Below, one piece after another: positions 17,862 through 22,104 of a DNA stretch of 22,104 nt (position 1 is the stretch's first letter; each line of letters starts with the position of its first letter). The notes beneath the pieces are model-generated. The model was not told where the DNA came from. It ran no database searches and saw only the letters and a program-made list of their open reading frames with translations. Origin of the DNA: an uncultured Thermodesulfobacteriota bacterium (lineage in GTDB: Bacteria > Desulfobacterota > Zymogenia > Zymogenales > Zymogenaceae); the NCBI GenBank assembly GCA_964506935.1, contig CAZDOD010000028.1:1-22104 (forward strand). The letters run 5' to 3'. The position numbers were made by a program, and so were the translations under genes.

Positions 17862-17877
17862 GCAAATTTGTTGCCAA
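17862..17877 (-). promoter_or_regulatory. sigma-54 (-24/-12) promoter directing transcription toward amt
   Basis: The minus strand reads cTTGGCAACAAATTTGCTc. This is TGGCAA-N5-TTGCT against the consensus TGGCAC-N5-TTGCW, with the GG and GC doublets 10 nt apart. It lies about 55 nt upstream of the amt start and about 100-140 nt downstream of palindromic candidate enhancer sites. A GAFTGA-containing sigma-54 activator is encoded immediately upstream. Confidence 0.65.
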
Positions 17878-17974
17878 GATTTACAAGCCTTGCGAGTAAG
17901 GCTGTAAGCTATTGAAATTAAAGGGATTTTTATGTTGGGGCTATGGAGTATGAAGGGACAATAGGTTCATAAAG

Positions 17975-18018
17975 CCTACATATTGGTAGGAAATAACTAT
18001 AAAAGCTACCTTTTGGTA
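17975..18018. promoter_or_regulatory. composite palindromic element: CCTAC-N6-GTAGG (17975-17990), a 16-nt spacer, then TACC-TTTT-GGTA (18007-18018). Candidate enhancer/UAS for the amt sigma-54 promoter.
   Basis: Two dyad-symmetric motifs are read directly. The same two motifs recur at 19587-19630 with an identical 16-nt spacing and mirrored order. The element lies 100-155 bp upstream of the -24/-12 promoter, the canonical position for enhancer-binding-protein sites. The second motif overlaps the activator gene's stop codon. Confidence 0.45.
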
Positions 18019-19568
18019 CTAAATTTTTTCGGGTCGATGCCGTATCTCTTGACCCGAAGGCCCATCAGTCTCTCGGAAATGCCTAGGGTTAGGGCGGCCT
18101 TTGCCTTGTTCCCCCTCGAGGATTTCAGGGCGTCGGAGATCATCTCCGTTTCGAGCGCCTGCAGGGACTCCTCGAGGGTTCCGCGTAAGTGAGTACCGGA
18201 CGCCTCGGCCGTCTGAAGGGTGGGGGGTAGGTGGTGGCCGTGGATGACGCCGTCGTTGCTCAACAGTACAGCCCGCTCGATGCAGTTTTCAAGCTCACGG
18301 ACATTTCCCGGCCAGTGATAGCTGATCAGCATGTCGATTGCAGGGGTTGAGACACGCCTTATGCTTTTGTGGTTGAGACCGCTGTATTTTTCGACGAAGT
18401 AGTCGGCGAGGAGCAAAATGTCGGCGCGCCGTTCCCTGAGCGGCGGGATATGGATCGGAAAGACGTTGAGGCGAAAATAGAGGTCCTCACGGAAATTTTT
18501 TTCCTCAATGAGTTTTTCGAGGTTTCTGTTTGTGGCGGCGATGATTCTGACATCGGTCTTGATCGTCTTGGTGCCTCCGACCCTTTCAAATTCGCGCTCC
18601 TGAATGACCCGAAGGAGCTTGATCTGTGTCTGGGGGGATAGGTCGCCGATCTCGTCGAGGAAGATCGTCCCGCCGTGGGCGAGTTCAAACCGCCCCTTTT
18701 TCGTTGCGTGTGCGCCGGTAAAGGCGCCCTTTTCGTGCCCGAATAGCTCGCTCTCGATGACACTGTCGGGAAGAGCGGCGCAGTTGACCTTGATAAAGGG
18801 GTTGTTTGCTCGTGGGCTGTCAAAGTGAATGGCGCCGGCGACGAGCTCCTTTCCGGTTCCGCTCTCTCCGTAGATCAGGACGGTCGTATTGCTCTTCGAC
18901 ACCTGGCCGATCAGGTCAAAGACCTCAAACATTCGTTTCGAGTTGCCGATGATGTTCTGGGGGCGGAAGCGGTCTTTGAGCTTTTCTCTAAGACGGATGT
19001 TTTCGTCGAGGAGCTTCTGTCTCTCTTCCTGTGCCGATCTCCTTAGATGTACGGCCTGGGCGATCAGCGAGGCGATGATGGAGAGGAGTCGGAGGTCGTC
19101 AGAGAGCGAGATATCTTCGTTATAGATACGGTCGAAGCTGAGGGTGCCGATGACCTCGTTTTCAAGCTTGATCGGCACACAGATAAATGAGATATCGTCG
19201 GCGGCGGAGTCTTTGCTGATACCGGTTCGGTTGAGAAACTCGGGTTCTTCGGAAATTCTCGGAACTACTATCGGCTCTTTTGTCTCTACCACCTTTCCCG
19301 TCACGCCCTCGCCGATCTTGTATCTCCCCCGTTCCTTTTGGGAATCGGAGAGCCCGTAGGCCGAGTCGATAAATATATCGCCGGTATGTCTGTCAAGGAG
19401 GGTGATGGTGCCGTGTAGCATGTTCATATATGCAGCCATTTTTTCGAGGACGGGCCCCACGACTTCCCGAAGATCCATGCTCAAGTCGAGGGTGCGGCTT
19501 ATCTCAAAGATAAGGTTTAGTTCACTGGATTCCCGCTTGTTTTTGTAATCTCGGCCGATTGGTTCCAT
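18006..19568 (-). CDS. sigma-54-dependent transcriptional activator with an N-terminal GAF sensor, an AAA+ sigma-54 interaction domain and a C-terminal Fis-type HTH; NifA/NtrC-like but without a receiver domain
   Basis: The 520-aa product has a GAF-like N-terminus. Walker A is ...YGESGTGKELVAG..., the GAFTGA motif is ...GHEKGAFTGA..., and the HTH is ...RGNKAKAALTLGISERLMGLRVKRYGI.... It sits directly upstream of the sigma-54 promoter of the amt cluster on the same strand. Confidence 0.9.
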   Translation of the reverse strand: MEPIGRDYKNKRESSELNLIFEISRTLDLSMDLREVVGPVLEKMAAYMNMLHGTITLLDRHTGDIFIDSAYGLSDSQKERGRYKIGEGVTGKVVETKEPIVVPRISEEPEFLNRTGISKDSAADDISFICVPIKLENEVIGTLSFDRIYNEDISLSDDLRLLSIIASLIAQAVHLRRSAQEERQKLLDENIRLREKLKDRFRPQNIIGNSKRMFEVFDLIGQVSKSNTTVLIYGESGTGKELVAGAIHFDSPRANNPFIKVNCAALPDSVIESELFGHEKGAFTGAHATKKGRFELAHGGTIFLDEIGDLSPQTQIKLLRVIQEREFERVGGTKTIKTDVRIIAATNRNLEKLIEEKNFREDLYFRLNVFPIHIPPLRERRADILLLADYFVEKYSGLNHKSIRRVSTPAIDMLISYHWPGNVRELENCIERAVLLSNDGVIHGHHLPPTLQTAEASGTHLRGTLEESLQALETEMISDALKSSRGNKAKAALTLGISERLMGLRVKRYGIDPKKFSTKR

Positions 19569-19586
19569 TGGTATCTTTCTTGAAAG

Positions 19587-19630
19587 TACCTTTTGGTATG
19601 ATTATTGTCCAAAACCTACGATATTGTAGG
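19587..19630. promoter_or_regulatory. second copy of the composite palindromic element: TACC-TTTT-GGTA (19587-19598), a 16-nt spacer, then CCTAC-N6-GTAGG (19615-19630). It lies immediately upstream of the activator gene start and is a candidate autoregulatory operator.
   Basis: The 12-mer TACCTTTTGGTA is identical to 18007-18018. The CCTAC-N6-GTAGG arms are identical to 17975-17990. The spacing is 16 nt in both copies. It sits 19-62 nt upstream of the activator ATG (19568, minus strand). Confidence 0.45.
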
Positions 19631-20080
19631 ATATCAAAAGGCTTTTGTCAATAGCTTTGTTGAGAGGTTGTCGTTATAGAAAAATCAGAGTTTGATAGAT
19701 AGAAGATGGTCTTCTCTAAAGATGGCTTTTTATAAAGTAAAGGCCAAAATGAAAACCGTAATCTAAAATAGGGAAAGCATACAATTCATCGGAAATATAA
19801 TATATCAGGGGATGACTTCGATTACAATTTAATATTGGAAAATGACACATTAAGTGATATATTCGAATATTGGTCTGGCTTCCTTAAGATGGTAACCATT
19901 AAAAAAGTCCCTAGAGGTTATCAGCTTTTTGCCTGTGATCTTTTGATATTGAAGCCGGAATATTTACATGGGGCTATAGATAAACCTATCGGATATGATG
20001 AAAAAATACAGGATATATCGGTGCCGTGATGTGTACCATGAAGATATCTGATTTTCCTATTTGCTTTACGGGGTGTTGAA

Positions 20081-21715
20081 ATGAATATCTCAAAATCGTG
20101 GAGTGCAAAAGACAGGTCCGATTACGTAAAGGAGCTTTCCGAGACTACCTACGACGTCCTGATCGTCGGCGGCGGTATTACTGGCGCCGGTGTCCTCAGG
20201 GCGTTGGGGCTTCGCAACATCAAGGCCGCCCTGATCGATAAGGAGGATTTCGCCTTCGGGACGTCATCGAAGAGCACGAGGCTCGCCCACGGCGGGATGA
20301 GGTACATCTTCAATAAGGAATACAGGCTGGTTTCCGAGGCGTGTCACGAGAGGGACTGGCTGAGGGGCGCCTTCCCGAACCTAGTTAGGCCTACCCCGGT
20401 CATGTTCATCAACTTCAGTTTAGAGGTCGCAAAGATCATGGGAAGAGCCTTCCGTCTGTATGACCTCCTTTCGGGGTTCGGGAATTACAAGAACTATCGC
20501 CACATACCGCTCGAAGGCCTGAATAAACACGAGCCGAAAATAAAGATTCCAAATGTCCACTCGGGGTGCCTCATATATGAGTGCGTCATAAACGACGCCC
20601 GCCTGACCACGGATGTCATAAAAGAGGGTGTTTCTCTCGGCGGCGTTGCCCTAAACTACGTTGAGGCAAAAGGGGTCGTAAAAAAAGACGGTAAGGTCAC
20701 CGGTATCAGCGCTTTGGATAAAGAGTCCGGAGATTCGTTTGTTATCTCGGCAAGAAACGTCGTAAATGCCTGTGGGCCGTGGACGGACGACCTGATGACA
20801 GGGGGAAAAAAGAGGATTATCAGGCCCACGAAGGGTGTGCATCTCGTGGTCAGGCGCGAGAATGTCGGAAACCTCGGCGGATTGTATTTGATGAGTCCCG
20901 TCGACGGCCGCGGTGTTTTTTTGCTCGCCCACGGAGATTATACCTACCTCGGCACGACCGACACCGATTACAATGGCGACCTCGACCAATGCTATACCGA
21001 CAGGGACGAATATCAGTATCTCAAAAAGGTTATCGATCACTGTTTTCCCGACGCGAAGTTTGAAGAGGAGGACCTACTAGGTAGCTACGCCGGTATCAGG
21101 CCACTGGTGCTGGAGGAGGGCGTCTCCGAGACGAAGACGTCCCGAAAGGAGCTGATAGACGAGATCATGCCGGGTTTTTTCGTCATCACGGGTGGAAAGC
21201 TAACGATCTTTCGCAGCATGGCCGAAAAGCTCATCGCCTTTATGGGAAAGAGGGGCGCCCTCGACGTCAGGAGGTTCGGCAAGAGGCGCTCAAAATCCCG
21301 TTTGCTTATGGGGATGAAGGCGGGTAAGTGGAAAAAGTCCGCCCCGAAAGTGGGGCTCGAAGATGGGATTATGGAACATATCTACCAGAACTACGGGAGA
21401 GGGGGGATATCGATCCTCGATTTGGTTAAAAAAGACTCCTCTCTCGGCGGTATCATCACGGACGGCCAGAATAATATTTGGGCCGAGCTAGAATACAGCC
21501 TCGAATATGAGCATGTGACTCACGTCAAGGATTTTCTCCTTCGCCGAACAAACCTCTCGCTCTACCAGCGTGACGGTCACGAAGATCTGGGTAGGGAGGT
21601 CGCGAAACGCATGGCGAAGTATCTCGGATGGGATGAGGGGAGGACAAAAAGGGAGATTTCCGATTACGTCGACATCGCCCACAAGAACAGCTTTTTTCTG
21701 AAAAAGAAATCTTAG
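20081..21715 (+). CDS. glpD: FAD-dependent glycerol-3-phosphate dehydrogenase (GlpD/GlpA family)
   Basis: The FAD-binding motif is DVLIVGGGITGAG. The motif ...GTSSKSTRLAHGGMRY...YRLVSEA...ER.WL parallels the E. coli GlpD block ATSSASSKLIHGGLRY...FRLVSEAL.ER. At 544 aa the length fits the GlpD family. GGGGTG lies upstream of the ATG. Confidence 0.85.
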   Translation: MNISKSWSAKDRSDYVKELSETTYDVLIVGGGITGAGVLRALGLRNIKAALIDKEDFAFGTSSKSTRLAHGGMRYIFNKEYRLVSEACHERDWLRGAFPNLVRPTPVMFINFSLEVAKIMGRAFRLYDLLSGFGNYKNYRHIPLEGLNKHEPKIKIPNVHSGCLIYECVINDARLTTDVIKEGVSLGGVALNYVEAKGVVKKDGKVTGISALDKESGDSFVISARNVVNACGPWTDDLMTGGKKRIIRPTKGVHLVVRRENVGNLGGLYLMSPVDGRGVFLLAHGDYTYLGTTDTDYNGDLDQCYTDRDEYQYLKKVIDHCFPDAKFEEEDLLGSYAGIRPLVLEEGVSETKTSRKELIDEIMPGFFVITGGKLTIFRSMAEKLIAFMGKRGALDVRRFGKRRSKSRLLMGMKAGKWKKSAPKVGLEDGIMEHIYQNYGRGGISILDLVKKDSSLGGIITDGQNNIWAELEYSLEYEHVTHVKDFLLRRTNLSLYQRDGHEDLGREVAKRMAKYLGWDEGRTKREISDYVDIAHKNSFFLKKKS

Positions 21716-21931
21716 ACTGGGAGATAATATCGATATAGAAGTGTTTCTCGATGAGGAACAGAGTCTATTTTTAATTGGACGTAGATATCTCAATATAGAC
21801 CTATTATTTATGTTTCAGGAGATCATCAGATAAAAAAGAGATTCATTTCGATGGCGCCCACTGATTAAGGTCGCCACTATCATGAAACTTGGATGTTTAT
21901 CTGTAGCTATCTCGGAACGGGGTCTCCGTCC

Positions 21932-22104
21932 TCAAAACCTATTTATGTGAAGTATCTTCTCGAGCTTGCGTTTCGGGACGTTTTGTGTGCCGTCGGAATC
22001 CTTCCAGTATTTTACATTGTCCCCCTCTAGCTCCACCCACCTCGACTCCTCGGCCGGATAACCAAGCGCCACCACGCTGTCGACCAGATGTGTCTCGGGC
22101 ACGC
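21932..22104 (-). CDS. nitroreductase-family protein, C-terminal 56 codons only (5' part lies beyond the window)
   Basis: The minus-strand frame reads ...HLVDSVVALGYPAEESRWVELEGDNVKYWKDSDGTQNVPKRKLEKILHINRF*, with stop TGA at 21932-21934. The ...LGYPAEE... and ...RK.LE.ILH.NRF ending resembles nitroreductase C-termini. It is too short for the ORF track because it is cut by the window end. Confidence 0.55.
   Translation of the reverse strand, partial: VPETHLVDSVVALGYPAEESRWVELEGDNVKYWKDSDGTQNVPKRKLEKILHINRF

Noticed and set aside
19835-20029. 64-aa ORF in the AT-rich island upstream of glpD
   Set aside because: It has a TTG start, no Shine-Dalgarno, AT-rich low-information codons and no recognisable fold or motif, and is most likely intergenic noise. 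It is kept only as a remote small-protein possibility.
21906-21931. Hairpin ggaacgg-ggtct-ccgtcc after the nitroreductase stop
   Set aside because: It has no flanking U/A tract on either strand and a bulged stem, so it is not a convincing intrinsic terminator.
1-22104. CRISPR arrays, tRNA/rRNA genes, IS elements or integrase
   Set aside because: By inspection, no regularly spaced direct repeats, tRNA-like cloverleaf segments (e.g. GTTCGAATC-type T-arms) or transposase/integrase-like ORFs were found. No computational scan was possible.

Overview
The window is from a diderm bacterium; a TolC-family outer-membrane factor and lipobox proteins are present. It splits into four blocks. (1) Positions 1-5430 look like the right end of a prophage late region. 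A >1000-aa fibre/adhesin-like structural protein is followed by small translationally coupled ORFs and a lysis cassette: an XhlA-like protein, a signal-less peptidase-M15 endolysin, a 2-TM holin-like protein and two spanin-like membrane proteins. An AT-rich gap and a bidirectional terminator follow. (2) A minus-strand tripartite RND efflux operon (TolC-like OMF, periplasmic adaptor, HAE1-type RND permease; 5710-11163) lies divergent from a Tat-signal amidohydrolase whose sigma-70 promoter is readable. (3) A minus-strand nitrogen-assimilation cluster carries a GAF/AAA+/Fis-HTH sigma-54 activator (GAFTGA motif present) and a canonical -24/-12 sigma-54 promoter. That promoter reads into amt, a P-II gene, a flotillin/SPFH gene and glnA. 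The activator gene is flanked by a mirrored pair of composite palindromes. One copy sits at the classical enhancer (UAS) distance upstream of the amt promoter; the other sits immediately upstream of the activator's own start codon. (4) A glpD-like FAD-dependent glycerol-3-phosphate dehydrogenase (+) is convergent with the 3' end of a nitroreductase-family gene (-, truncated by the window). No rRNA, tRNA or CRISPR array was recognised. All calls rest on reading the translated ORFs and the DNA directly; no database search was run.
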